Position numbers and translations under genes: made by a program. From an uncultured Bacteroides sp. (GTDB lineage Bacteria > Bacteroidota > Bacteroidia > Bacteroidales > Bacteroidaceae), in contig CASENE010000042.1 in assembly GCA_949289265.1 (NCBI GenBank), positions 859 to 64,858 of the forward strand: a DNA stretch of 64,000 bases. Direction: 5' to 3'. The notes under the pieces were generated by a model that ran no database searches, was not told where the DNA came from, and saw nothing but the letters and a program-made list of their open reading frames with translations. Below are positions 38,144-48,283 of this stretch, in pieces. How positions within the stretch are numbered: position 1 is the first letter of the stretch; each line of letters begins with the position of its first letter.

Positions 38144-40653
38144 ACGGGTCGGCCTTCCAGCGCGGTGAGGAGGGGGACTATCTCGTAGCCGCGGCGGCGG
38201 AGCTGACGGAGGAGGCGGTCGAGGGGCTTGCCGTAGAACTTGTCGGTGCGGGCGGGGTCTGTGCCGAGGTGGATGAGGAGGAGGTGGCCGTTCAGTCCCT
38301 TGGTCTGCTCGATGCTGAGAACCCGGCGCAGGATGTCGCGGCTGCTGCGATAGGCGGGCATGGAGGGCGTGGTGTAGTCGGCGTTGGTCCCCGTGCCGGG
38401 GGTGAAGTTAATCAGTTGGAGGCCCATGGCTCGTGCCCAGGAGGAGACGAGGCGGTTGTAGTGTTCGTAGGGGGGGATGAAATAGGGTGCGGACTGGGGC
38501 GTGATGCCGAAGGGGCGCATCGTGGCATAGGCTTGGCGGAGGTCGTCTTCAAACTGAGTGCGGGTCACCAGGAGCGAGTCGCGGTCGTCCCACGAAGCGT
38601 AGAGCAGGTGGCCGTCGCTGTGGGTGCTGACGTAGTGTCCCTCGCGGAGGAGGCTGCGCACGACGTCGGGATAGAGGCGGAAGAAACGCCCGGTGAGGAA
38701 GAAGGCGCCTTTCACGCCCTGGCGGCGGAGGGTCTGGAGAATGGCCTGGGCTCCGTCCGCCTTGTCGTCGGCGGTGAAGACGAGGGAGAGCTGGCGGCGC
38801 GAGGGGTTTGTGCGCGTGATGCAGCCTTGGGTGTAGACGTTGGCGTTTTCGCGGCCGGAGCTGCGCATGGACTCGGCTTGGAGGGCGGAGAGGTAATAGG
38901 TCAGGCTGGCTGTCCCGTCCATGGTGGGCTCGTTGGTGGAATAGTCTCCGATGGCGTCGTGATACACCATGAGGCCGCCGTTGAAACGCTCGTAGTCCTG
39001 GCCGGGCACATTGGGAATGCCGGTCATGTTCGCCCCGCGCAGGCTCTCGAAGATAGTCCGGTACACGGGCCCGTCCACCAGGCCTCCCGTCGTGTTGCCC
39101 GCGCTGGCATGGAGCAGCGACGAATGCGGTTGCGAGGGATAGTCGCCATGAAGGGGCAGTTCCACAATCATCGAAGTCCCCCAGGGATTGCAACCCAAGA
39201 GCCAGTCCAGCAACGCGCCTTCCATCTCGCGGTATGTCTCGTCGCCTGTCAGCTCGCGATACAGGCGACACTGCGTCAGCATAGCCACGGTGAGGTTGTT
39301 GGAGCACCAGGTGTATGGGATGCCGTGGAGAAAGGGACTGTCTTGCGCCTTGTCCCAGGTGCGGGCGATGCCGGTGCGCAGGTTGCGGATGAACTCGCGA
39401 CGGACACGGGCGTCTCCTTCCTTCGCCAGCCAGTAATGGCCCAGGTTGAGGAAGGGGTACCACTGGTAATGGCGGGCGCTGTCGGCTCCCATCCAGGGTG
39501 TGACGGGCTCACGACGGCCGTATTCCAGCGCCTCGCCGAGGTAGCGGGCGTCGCCAGTCTGGCGGAAGAGCTCCATCGCGCCCAGTTCCATGTCGTCGGT
39601 CCAGTTGTCTTCTTCGTAGATGTAGGGCGAGAGGACGGAGGCGGTCTGACACACACCCGGATGTTTCTGTCCCTCGGCGTAGGCATCGGCGGCCTTGCGT
39701 CCAATCTCTTCGGCAAATTCGGGATAGAAGTCCTTCAGAATCCGGGATCCCAGGGCGAAACACGAGGCGAACTTCCCTGCCGTACTGGCTACTCCGGTGG
39801 TGGCGTTGCGGAACTTGCCTCGTTGCTGTGGCTCGCCGCTGCAGTAGTATACAGGCCGTCCGTTGCCCGGGCCGTAGCCGTAGTCCACTTGGTCATGGTT
39901 GGGCAGACGCATGCCGGCATGGTCGCGGTCGTCGGCTATCTGATTATACAACTCGCCTTTGGCAGGATTCATGCGGTTCAGCCAGTCCATCCCCCACTTG
40001 ATCTCGTCCACAATGTCGGGGATGCCGTTGGCACCGGGCCGCCCGTCGGCACCATAAGCATCGGCAAACGATTCGGGATTTTGCTGGTAGGCAAACATCA
40101 TCTGATAGATGGCATTGGCCGAGGTGGTCGTATATTGCAGGTAGTCAGTCGCATCGTGCCACCCTCCGCGCACGTCGATATGCTGGCCGGTCTTGGTAGG
40201 ATGATAAACGATGTAGCCGTCGTGCACGTGGCAGCTGTCCTTCAAAAAGGGATTGTAGCCGCAACGCTGCTGCCTCATGTAGTTGAGCAGGAAATCGGCT
40301 GTGCCGTCATACACGCGGCCGTTGATGGGGAAGCTGGGCGAGAGCGCGCCTCCGGCCTTCAGGCGGTACGTGCCCGGGCGGGTGACCGAGCTGAAGTCCA
40401 GGCGGTAGGTGGATTGCATGCCTCCGTAGCTTCCGGTGGACTTGGGCGCGCGGAAGGTCTCCACCACCTGACCGGTGAAATCGTCTATCAGACTAAATTC
40501 GCTCAATTCTTCAGTTTCCTCACTCATAAAGACAGCCACTTTGACCGACTGGGGCAGGTAGCCCAACTGGTTGATACGTATCCATTGGCCGGCCCGAAGC
40601 GCGCCAGTGAGGCAAAGGGCCAGGCAGAGTGAGAAGATTCTTGCTTTTTTCAT
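38134..40653 (-). CDS. Secreted GH9 glycoside hydrolase fused to a C-terminal NodB/CE4 deacetylase domain
   Basis: Signal peptide; WIRINQLGY, GGWHDATDYLQY, YSTNEPTMDGTA (GH9); FTADD, HSDGH, PPYE, LLIH (CE4). Confidence 0.88.
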   Translation of the reverse strand: MKKARIFSLCLALCLTGALRAGQWIRINQLGYLPQSVKVAVFMSEETEELSEFSLIDDFTGQVVETFRAPKSTGSYGGMQSTYRLDFSSVTRPGTYRLKAGGALSPSFPINGRVYDGTADFLLNYMRQQRCGYNPFLKDSCHVHDGYIVYHPTKTGQHIDVRGGWHDATDYLQYTTTSANAIYQMMFAYQQNPESFADAYGADGRPGANGIPDIVDEIKWGMDWLNRMNPAKGELYNQIADDRDHAGMRLPNHDQVDYGYGPGNGRPVYYCSGEPQQRGKFRNATTGVASTAGKFASCFALGSRILKDFYPEFAEEIGRKAADAYAEGQKHPGVCQTASVLSPYIYEEDNWTDDMELGAMELFRQTGDARYLGEALEYGRREPVTPWMGADSARHYQWYPFLNLGHYWLAKEGDARVRREFIRNLRTGIARTWDKAQDSPFLHGIPYTWCSNNLTVAMLTQCRLYRELTGDETYREMEGALLDWLLGCNPWGTSMIVELPLHGDYPSQPHSSLLHASAGNTTGGLVDGPVYRTIFESLRGANMTGIPNVPGQDYERFNGGLMVYHDAIGDYSTNEPTMDGTASLTYYLSALQAESMRSSGRENANVYTQGCITRTNPSRRQLSLVFTADDKADGAQAILQTLRRQGVKGAFFLTGRFFRLYPDVVRSLLREGHYVSTHSDGHLLYASWDDRDSLLVTRTQFEDDLRQAYATMRPFGITPQSAPYFIPPYEHYNRLVSSWARAMGLQLINFTPGTGTNADYTTPSMPAYRSSRDILRRVLSIEQTKGLNGHLLLIHLGTDPARTDKFYGKPLDRLLRQLRRRGYEIVPLLTALEGRPVPH

Positions 40654-40666
40654 ATCGTATTATGTG

Positions 40667-41905
40667 TTATTTTTGTTTGAGTTCGTCTGTTTCTGCGTCG
40701 CATCCTGTGCCGCACACGTCCGGGGACAGGCTTTTCCGGCACATCCTGCCTTCCACGAAGGTGGCCTGCATCTCGAACCGGGGCGTGAACAAGATGACGT
40801 CCGCATCCTTTCCGGCTGCTAAAGTACCTTTTTTTTCTGCAATTCCCATGAGGCGGGCCGGAGTTTCTGCTGCCATTCTCATCACGTCCGCCAGCGGGAT
40901 TTCCGCCTGCTCGGCCATGACGCGTATCAAGCGGATGCCCGTGGCTATGCTGCCGGCCAGGGCCGAGCGGTCGGCAAGCTTGCACACGCCGTCTTCCACC
41001 ACCAGGCCCTCGCCCAGGACGCGGGCATAGTCGCCCTCGCAGGCAGCCGCGGCGATGGCATCGGTCACCAGCGCGGTCTGCTCCGGCCCCTTTATCTGAT
41101 AGACCAGGCGCAGGATGGGGGGAGGCACGTGTATGCCGTCCGCGATGACCTCCACGCTCAGGCCGCGCATCAGGTAGACGGCCTCCACGGTGCCTTCGTG
41201 CTTGAACTCGCGCTCCTTGTGCACCGAGGTCATGGCGTTGTAGAAGTGGGTGACGTGACTGAAGCCGGCGCGGCAGGCCTCTTTCAGCTGGGCATAGCCG
41301 GCCGTGGTGTGGGCCAGCGACACCAGCACGCCGCGCGCGGACGCATAGCGGGCAAACTCGCAGGCGCCCGGCAGTTCGGGAGAGGCGCTCCAACGCTTGA
41401 TGCACGTGGTGTCGGACAGTAGGGCTTCGTATTCCTCCGGGTCGGGCGCGTGCAGGAAGGCGCCGTCCAGCCCGCCCTTCATGGCCGGATTGATGTAGTT
41501 TCCCTCCAGGTGGAGCCCCAAGATGGCGGCGCCCTGCCCCGCGGGATGGCTCATCGCGTGCTCGCAGCAGCGGATGGCCTGCCGGAAGACCTGCCCGTCG
41601 GCCGCGGCCACCGTGGGACAGAGGGCGGTGACGCCGCACAGGGCGTGCGCCTGCGCGATGCGGCGGAAGGCTTCGGGCGTGGCTTCCGAAAAGTCGTGCC
41701 CTCCCCCGCCGTGCACGTGCAGGTCGATGCACCCGGGGGCCACATACCCGCCCCCGGCATCGACCACCTGCGCCTGGGGGATGTCCACGTTGGCGCGCCC
41801 CACTTCGGCTATCCGGCCGTTGCGGATGACCACTTGTCCGTCTTTGATGATGCCCGAGGGCGTCACCACCCGGCCATTGATGATTTTATACAGGATGTCT
41901 GCCAT
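40667..41905 (-). CDS. nagA: N-acetylglucosamine-6-phosphate deacetylase
   Basis: PGCIDLHVHGGGG, GLHLEGNYIN, AHT.A, THFYNAM, IADGIH, LVTDA, LAGS. Confidence 0.92.
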   Translation of the reverse strand: MADILYKIINGRVVTPSGIIKDGQVVIRNGRIAEVGRANVDIPQAQVVDAGGGYVAPGCIDLHVHGGGGHDFSEATPEAFRRIAQAHALCGVTALCPTVAAADGQVFRQAIRCCEHAMSHPAGQGAAILGLHLEGNYINPAMKGGLDGAFLHAPDPEEYEALLSDTTCIKRWSASPELPGACEFARYASARGVLVSLAHTTAGYAQLKEACRAGFSHVTHFYNAMTSVHKEREFKHEGTVEAVYLMRGLSVEVIADGIHVPPPILRLVYQIKGPEQTALVTDAIAAAACEGDYARVLGEGLVVEDGVCKLADRSALAGSIATGIRLIRVMAEQAEIPLADVMRMAAETPARLMGIAEKKGTLAAGKDADVILFTPRFEMQATFVEGRMCRKSLSPDVCGTGCDAETDELKQK

Positions 41906-42002
41906 AGCTGTGTCTGATGATGATGATTGTCTGATGCCGGACTTCGCGCCGGCCCGTTCTGTTTACGAATATATCCTCTAACTGCCTGCCTTTCAGCGTC
42001 CG

Positions 42003-42090
42003 GCAGCGTTATAATCCCCGGCCGGTGGAAGTATAGTTCCCAGTCGGTGGGAGTATAGCCCCCGGTCGGTGGAGATATAGCCCCACCGGC
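42003..42090. repeat. 22-bp tandem array, 4 units
   Basis: gcagcgttataatccccggccg / gtggaagtatagttcccagtcg / gtgggagtatagcccccggtcg / gtggagatatagccccaccggc. Confidence 0.75.
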
Positions 42091-42121
42091 CGGGGATGCT
42101 TAGGGACGAAAAGCCGAAGGG

Positions 42122-43015
42122 TCAGTCCACTGCCTCGAAGAAGGCTATCCACGCATCGTCTTCCCATTCCACGCCTCCTTCAAACTTGCGGGGCACTGCC
42201 AGGGTGAGGTGCTGCTCGTCCAACTCCAGTATCCAGTACGTCCCCCCGTTGTCCAGGTTCACCTCGTTGAACTCGAAGCCGATGACGGGCACCGTCAGCA
42301 GCAGTTCGCCGATGACGCCTGTGTCGGGCGTGCTGTGCACGAAGTTGTATTCGCCCTCGTTGTTCAGCGAGCCGTCCGGATGGAACGTCCGGAAGGCGTT
42401 CTGGTCGAAGGCGAACTCCATCGTCTGGTTGCCGGCCGTCTCCAGCGAGGTCTGCCCCCACCAGGCATTTCCGGTCACCTGGTCGACCGGCGTATAGTTC
42501 CAGAAGCCGTAGGCGCCGTTGTAGCACACCACGTCTTCGCACGCGCGGAATCGCCAGGTCTTCCGGGCTCCTTTGTCGGATTTGTCCTTGGCGCCTGTCA
42601 GGCAGGTAGACCAGGCGTCGAAAACGTTGGTCACGGTCAGCTCGACGGGCGTGCTCCGCACGCTCTTTCCCTGCGAGATGGTTTCAAAATACACCGTCCA
42701 GACGCCGTTGCCCGTGCAGACAAGGGTGTCGTGGTCGCTTCCGGAGCGCAGTTCCAGTTCTCCCTTCCTGACGTGCCAGCAGCCGGCGATGGCCGGATTC
42801 GAGTTTCTGACCACGACGTACTGGTCGCCCTCCACGGCGTCTTCCGTGTTGGGGAAAGGTTGGGTTACTGTCACCACGGCGTCCAGGTCGGCCTGCGTGA
42901 CGGGCGTTTCTGCAGCAAAAGCCTCGCGCAAGTCTTCGTCTTCAATAGGGTCGCAAGCCAGCATCGCGCCTACGATGCTGCACAACAATACGGGCCAATA
43001 TCTTACTTTCTTCAT
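42122..43015 (-). CDS. PUL surface lipoprotein (candidate glycan-binding protein)
   Basis: Lipobox MLA-C then acidic DPIEDED; directly downstream of susD; Trp-rich. Confidence 0.75.
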   Translation of the reverse strand: MKKVRYWPVLLCSIVGAMLACDPIEDEDLREAFAAETPVTQADLDAVVTVTQPFPNTEDAVEGDQYVVVRNSNPAIAGCWHVRKGELELRSGSDHDTLVCTGNGVWTVYFETISQGKSVRSTPVELTVTNVFDAWSTCLTGAKDKSDKGARKTWRFRACEDVVCYNGAYGFWNYTPVDQVTGNAWWGQTSLETAGNQTMEFAFDQNAFRTFHPDGSLNNEGEYNFVHSTPDTGVIGELLLTVPVIGFEFNEVNLDNGGTYWILELDEQHLTLAVPRKFEGGVEWEDDAWIAFFEAVD

Positions 43016-43045
43016 GATTCGTCGGTTATAAAATGGTTATCGTAC

Positions 43046-44839
43046 TTACAGGTTGTTCCAATCGGTAAACTGCGCCGAGGGTTCCCATCCGGGATTCTGC
43101 TCGATGACGCCGTTTGTCAGGTCGACCTCGGTCTGCGGGATGGGCCAATAGCCTTGGGTCTCCTGCAGGCGTTTCTTGTAGTCGAACTGCACCATCGGCT
43201 TCACCTCGGCTGCATTGATGACGTCGAAACCGGCCTGCTTGTTCAGCAAGTCGCCGGCCTCTTCCAGGCTCGGGCCCGACCAGCGGAGCATGTCCCACCA
43301 GCGGATGGCCTCGAAACAGAGTTCCCAACGCCGCTCGTTCTTGATGGCCTCCAGCGAATAGGCCACCGGAGCCAGGTGCGAGCGCGCACGCACGCGGTTC
43401 AGCCCCTCGGCGTCTTCCTTCAGCTCGGACTGCATCAGGAGCACGTCGGCAAAACGGATGTGTATCAAATCGGCTATCTGCAACAGCTGCTGGCTGGTCT
43501 GCGTCGTGATGCCCGGATAGAGCACCTTGCCGAAGGCTTCGATATTGCCGCTCGCGTTGCAGGCATTGATGTTGATGTACTTCTTCTGGTGGTAGCCGGT
43601 CTGCTCGTAGTAGCGGTAAGAGACCGTATAGGTGGGTTCGCTCTCGTCCAGCGAGCAGTCCATCAGAACGTTCCCCTCGTTGTTGGGATCCAGCGCCTTG
43701 TACGACCAGACGGAACCTGTGAGGCGGGGGTCTTCGGTAAACCCGTCGGTGAAGGTCTGCTTGGCGCTCCAGTCCTGCCACTCGCTAATCATGGCCGGCG
43801 ACACGGGGCCTGCGCCCCAACCGGTGCCGAAGGGATAGCTCTCCACCTGGTCGTAGTTGTCGGCCGAGGGAGAGAAGAACTGGGCGCACGTGTTCGACCA
43901 CCACGTGTATGTCCAGTTGCTCTTCAGGTTGTGCTTGTTGGCGAAAAGCGTCTCCACGCTGCTGTTGCCCACCCACTTCAGGCCGTTGTCGATGACATAC
44001 TGGTAGCGCAGGTCGCGCGCGTTTTCCTCCGTCGTCTGGTTGGTATAGGCCCACAAGTTGCGCTGGTCGTCCACCAGGTCGTGACCGGAGTTATACACGC
44101 AGTCGTCAATCCACCCGATGACGTCGTCCTTGCTGGTGCCGTCGGGCAAGGCGTCCTGGGCATAACGCCCCGTATAGAAGAGGAATACCCGGGCCATCAG
44201 GGCTTCGGCCGCATACTTCGTGGCATGTCCGGCCAGGCTCGACCCTTCGGTATAGATCTGTGCGGGCATCAGGCCGATGGCCTGCCTCAGGTCGGAAGCT
44301 ATCTGGGCATAGACCTCGTCCACGCTGGCACGCGGCAGCGTGTTGGTGCTCATGGCCTCCGTGCGCAAAGGCACTCCGCCGAACACCTGGACCAACTCAT
44401 AGTAGGCCATGGCCCGCAAGAAATGGGCTTCGCCCATCAGCCTGTCGCGCTCGGCCTGGGCAGACCAGGAGGCCACGTTGTCTATGTTCGAGATGGCGCT
44501 GTTGGCCCGGTTGATCAGTTTGTAGCATCTGCTCCACAGCCCGGACAGGCCGTTCAGGTTGTCTTTATACATCAGGAAGTTGGTGGCGCAGTTGTTGGAA
44601 TACGACAGGTTCCCGCCCAGGCAGTCGTCGCTGGCCAGCTGGGCTATGAAGAAACTGGACGAAGTCTCCGGACTCTCGAACAACAACTGCGAATAAATGG
44701 CCGTCACCATCTCCTGCGCCTCTGTTTCCGTGGCGGGGAAGTTCTCGGTCGTCTTGTTGGTCAGCAGGTCGCTGTCCAAAAAGCTCTCGCAACCGGCACA
44801 GAGCCATGCCAGCGCCAAGCCTATCAATATCTTTTTCAT
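43046..44839 (-). CDS. SusD/RagB family lipoprotein
   Basis: Lipobox CAG-C; GEAHFLRAMAYYELV..FGGVP, KYAAEALMARVFL, IRFADVLLM..E, ERRWELCFEA.RWWD, PIPQTE. Confidence 0.95.
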   Translation of the reverse strand: MKKILIGLALAWLCAGCESFLDSDLLTNKTTENFPATETEAQEMVTAIYSQLLFESPETSSSFFIAQLASDDCLGGNLSYSNNCATNFLMYKDNLNGLSGLWSRCYKLINRANSAISNIDNVASWSAQAERDRLMGEAHFLRAMAYYELVQVFGGVPLRTEAMSTNTLPRASVDEVYAQIASDLRQAIGLMPAQIYTEGSSLAGHATKYAAEALMARVFLFYTGRYAQDALPDGTSKDDVIGWIDDCVYNSGHDLVDDQRNLWAYTNQTTEENARDLRYQYVIDNGLKWVGNSSVETLFANKHNLKSNWTYTWWSNTCAQFFSPSADNYDQVESYPFGTGWGAGPVSPAMISEWQDWSAKQTFTDGFTEDPRLTGSVWSYKALDPNNEGNVLMDCSLDESEPTYTVSYRYYEQTGYHQKKYININACNASGNIEAFGKVLYPGITTQTSQQLLQIADLIHIRFADVLLMQSELKEDAEGLNRVRARSHLAPVAYSLEAIKNERRWELCFEAIRWWDMLRWSGPSLEEAGDLLNKQAGFDVINAAEVKPMVQFDYKKRLQETQGYWPIPQTEVDLTNGVIEQNPGWEPSAQFTDWNNL

Positions 44840-44851
44840 TGTACTCTTGTT

Positions 44852-47800
44852 TTAGAATTTAACGTTTAATCCAACCATGTAAGTGCGCGCGCTCGGATAG
44901 AATCCCAGGTCGATGCCAGAAGACCAGGAATAGCTGTCGCCGCTATAGCCGATTTCCGGGTCCATGCCCGAATAGCCGGTAAAGGTAAACACGTTCTGAG
45001 CGGTAAAATACAGGCGCAACTGCTGCATGGGCAACTGCTTGAAGAACTTCTTGAAGTCTACCCCGACGGTGATGTTCTTAATCTTCAGGTAATCGCCGTT
45101 CTCGATGTAGATATCCGATATCTTGTTCCAGTTCGTGCTGGAGGCGCTGGATATCCGGGGAAACTTGTTGCTGGTGCCCTCTCCGTGCCAACGCTCGAAG
45201 ATATCCGTGGTATAGTTGTTCAGCGGCGAGCTGACGAAATCGCGGTAACACTTCAGAATCTGATGGCCGAAGGCGCCGTAGGTCGTGATGGCAACGTCGA
45301 ACGCCTTCCAGCTGGCATTCAGCGAGAACCCCATCGTAAAGTCCGGGTGGGGATTGCCTATCTCGGTACGGTCGTTCTCGTCTATCTTGTTGTCATGATT
45401 GATGTCGCACCAAATCACGTCGCCGGGCTGCGTGGCATCGCCGTTGACCTTGACGCCTTGATAGTTGTCTATCTGCTCTTGGGTCTGGAAAATGCCCTGG
45501 CTCTTGTAGCCGTAGAAGAAGCCGATGGGTTTCCCCACCTCGGCCCGGAAACATTCGTCGGCGCCTTCCCACAGGATGCTGCCGTTCCCGTGCAGGATGC
45601 CGTCGCTGTTTTCAATCTTGGTCACCTTGTTCTTGTTGTAAGCCAGGTTCAGGTTGGCCCCGTAACTAAAGTCCTCCCCCACCTGGTCGTTCCAATGGAA
45701 GGCAGCCTCAAAGCCCGTGTTCTTGATGGCGCCCCCGTTGATGGAGCAGGCGTCGGCGCCAAAGTTCATCTGCACAGGCGCCGTCACCAGCCAGTCTTTG
45801 GTCGTCTTCCGATACCAGTCCAGTTCCACTCCCAGCCGGTAGTCAAAAAAGCGGGCGTCCACACCGATATCAATCGTTTCCTGGGTCTCCCACGTCAGGT
45901 CTTTGTTTATCAGCTGGTAGGCATACGAGCCGGTGTGCACCGTGTCCATCAGGTCGCCGAAGGTATAGCCTCCATACGTGGTGTTCGAGGTCACTTTCGA
46001 CAGATATTGGAACGGGCTGATCGAGCAGTTGCCGTTCTGTCCCCACGAAGCACGAAGTTTCAAGAAGTTCAGCCATTTGCCCACATGCTGCATGAAGCGT
46101 TCGTTGCTAACCACCCATCCGGCAGACAGCGAAGGGAAGTAACCCCAGCGATGGCCGCGGGCAAAGTTGGAAGACCCGTCGGCACGCATCACCACGGAAG
46201 CCATGTACTTTTCCTTGAAATTATAGTTCACGCGCCCAAAGAACGAAGCTATGGCTCCTTCGGTATTGGGAGAACCGCCCAGGGAACTGATATTGGCATT
46301 CACGAAAGGCACGTTGGACAGGTAGGCATGCTCGAAGTCGTAGAAACTCGAGTTGTAAGCAGACGCATTCATGGACAGGCCAAAGCCCCACTTCTCCAGG
46401 CTCTGCCCCACCAACACATCCAAATGGTGTTCCTTCACATCAAACAAGTAGTTCACCGTGTTCTCCCACGACCAGCGGTGCGACTCGCTCATCGACTGCG
46501 TCACCTGGTCTTTCTCCTGCTGCAGGCTTTCCGTCAGTTTCTCATACCGTGGGACATAACTCCTATAGCTGCTGTGCGACATGATGTAGCCGAACTGGCT
46601 TTTGATGCGAAGGTCTTTGATGGGCTGCAGTTCGGCATAGAAGCTGCTCTGCATGTAATGTCCGGCGCTCTCATTCTGATTCATCATGTAGTCCAGGTAG
46701 GCTATCGGGTTCTTATTGGCGCCGTTGGACACGTCCCACTTATACCCGTCTCTCACCTGGTCTGCATACAGGTAATAGCTGCCGTCGCTATTGTAAGCGG
46801 GCATCAGCGGACTCATGATCAACATGTTATGCACTCCGTTCCAATAGATGCCGCCCGTGCCGAACGAACCGTCCGTCTGTTGATACTTATAATTGATGGT
46901 TTCGCCCACCTTCAAGAAGTCCAGGCCATTCTTCCGGATGACCACATGGTCGGAATTGATGCGCGCATTATAACGTCTCGTATCCGGCGCCTCGTTCGGC
47001 ACGCCCATCGTAGCCTCCTGATAGGTATAAGAACCGCCTATCGAATAGCGCGAACGCTCGGTGCCGCCCGTGATGTTGACCGAATGGTTCTGCACCAGCG
47101 CGTTCTTATTCAGGATTTTCTTCAACCAGTTCGTGCCTTGCCAGGAGCCGTCTTCTATGGCCTGTAACGAAGCCTCGGGGATATAAGTCCCCCAGTCCCA
47201 CGGCGCCAGGCCATCCATAATCCGCCCTTCGTCCTGAATGGCCATGTATTCCTGGGCGGTCAGCACCGCAGGAATCTTATACAGGTTCTGCCAGCCCACA
47301 TATCCGTCATACGTGATTTCGGAAACGCCGGCCTTGCCTTTCTTGGTCGTTATCAATACGACACCATTGGCAGCACGAGCTCCATAGATAGCGGCAGAAG
47401 CAGCATCCTTCAGGATGTCGACCGACTCGATGTCATTCGGGTTCAAGCCATCCAAGCTACCATTGGCCACCCCGTCGATGACAAACAAAGGAGAAGAATC
47501 GCCGTTCGTGCCCAGGCCTCGGATGGTCATCTTATAGCCCGAATTCAGGAAGCCGCTGTTCTGCACCAGATTCACCCCCGGGGCCTGGCTTTGCAACGCC
47601 TCCAACGGGTTCACTGTGTTCAGCTTGGCAATGTTCTCGCCTTTCACCTGGACCGTAGCGCCCGTTATCAGTTTCTTCTTTTGGACTCCATAGCCCACGA
47701 CCACCACCTCGTCAAGCATTTCATTGTTTTCTTCCAGAACAATCTCCATGTCCGACGATGCTTTGACTTCTTGAGTCACGTATCCCACATAAGAAATGAC

Positions 47801-48088
47801 CAAGACGGCGTCTGCGTGCACATTCAGCACAAACTCTCCCGTCAAGTCAGTAATGATGCCGTTGGAAGTTCCCTTCTCCCATACGCTGGCTCCAATCACC
47901 GGCTCACCATCCGACGTGAGCACTTTTCCCTTCACCTTCAGCAGAGAAACCTGGCCCACCCGGCAAACCATGTTTTCATCAGAAACGTCCACACCTGATG
48001 CCTTTGCACAGACAAAGGCAAAAGATAATAGAATAATAGTTGTGAGGATTCTGAACAGATGTTTTCCTCGTTTGTGATTTTCAGGCAT
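44852..48088 (-). CDS. SusC/RagA family TonB-dependent transporter
   Basis: GEPVIGASV, EVVVVGYG, PLFVIDG, ILKDAASAAIYGARAANGV.ITTKKG, RADGSSNF, WET, DPE, YPSARTY..G.NVKF; ATG at 48088. Confidence 0.96.
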   Translation of the reverse strand: MPENHKRGKHLFRILTTIILLSFAFVCAKASGVDVSDENMVCRVGQVSLLKVKGKVLTSDGEPVIGASVWEKGTSNGIITDLTGEFVLNVHADAVLVISYVGYVTQEVKASSDMEIVLEENNEMLDEVVVVGYGVQKKKLITGATVQVKGENIAKLNTVNPLEALQSQAPGVNLVQNSGFLNSGYKMTIRGLGTNGDSSPLFVIDGVANGSLDGLNPNDIESVDILKDAASAAIYGARAANGVVLITTKKGKAGVSEITYDGYVGWQNLYKIPAVLTAQEYMAIQDEGRIMDGLAPWDWGTYIPEASLQAIEDGSWQGTNWLKKILNKNALVQNHSVNITGGTERSRYSIGGSYTYQEATMGVPNEAPDTRRYNARINSDHVVIRKNGLDFLKVGETINYKYQQTDGSFGTGGIYWNGVHNMLIMSPLMPAYNSDGSYYLYADQVRDGYKWDVSNGANKNPIAYLDYMMNQNESAGHYMQSSFYAELQPIKDLRIKSQFGYIMSHSSYRSYVPRYEKLTESLQQEKDQVTQSMSESHRWSWENTVNYLFDVKEHHLDVLVGQSLEKWGFGLSMNASAYNSSFYDFEHAYLSNVPFVNANISSLGGSPNTEGAIASFFGRVNYNFKEKYMASVVMRADGSSNFARGHRWGYFPSLSAGWVVSNERFMQHVGKWLNFLKLRASWGQNGNCSISPFQYLSKVTSNTTYGGYTFGDLMDTVHTGSYAYQLINKDLTWETQETIDIGVDARFFDYRLGVELDWYRKTTKDWLVTAPVQMNFGADACSINGGAIKNTGFEAAFHWNDQVGEDFSYGANLNLAYNKNKVTKIENSDGILHGNGSILWEGADECFRAEVGKPIGFFYGYKSQGIFQTQEQIDNYQGVKVNGDATQPGDVIWCDINHDNKIDENDRTEIGNPHPDFTMGFSLNASWKAFDVAITTYGAFGHQILKCYRDFVSSPLNNYTTDIFERWHGEGTSNKFPRISSASSTNWNKISDIYIENGDYLKIKNITVGVDFKKFFKQLPMQQLRLYFTAQNVFTFTGYSGMDPEIGYSGDSYSWSSGIDLGFYPSARTYMVGLNVKF

Positions 48089-48283
48089 AAATAAAAACTT
48101 AATGTTAAACAAATCAATAAGAGAACAGAAAAAAAACAATTACCGAATACGGTTACGAACCATGCACACTTGCCTTTCCCGCATTATCGACCTCTCAGAG
48201 GGGCTCGCCACGGCCGCACTACAAGGCCGGGCGAACCGCTCTACGTTCCAAAGAAAGAACTTATCTATATAGAACTAATACCT

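Noticed and set aside
48140-48283. Hairpins between the SIS gene and susC as an attenuator
   Set aside because: The stems are short and imperfect with no U tract; indistinguishable from chance without folding or RNA data.
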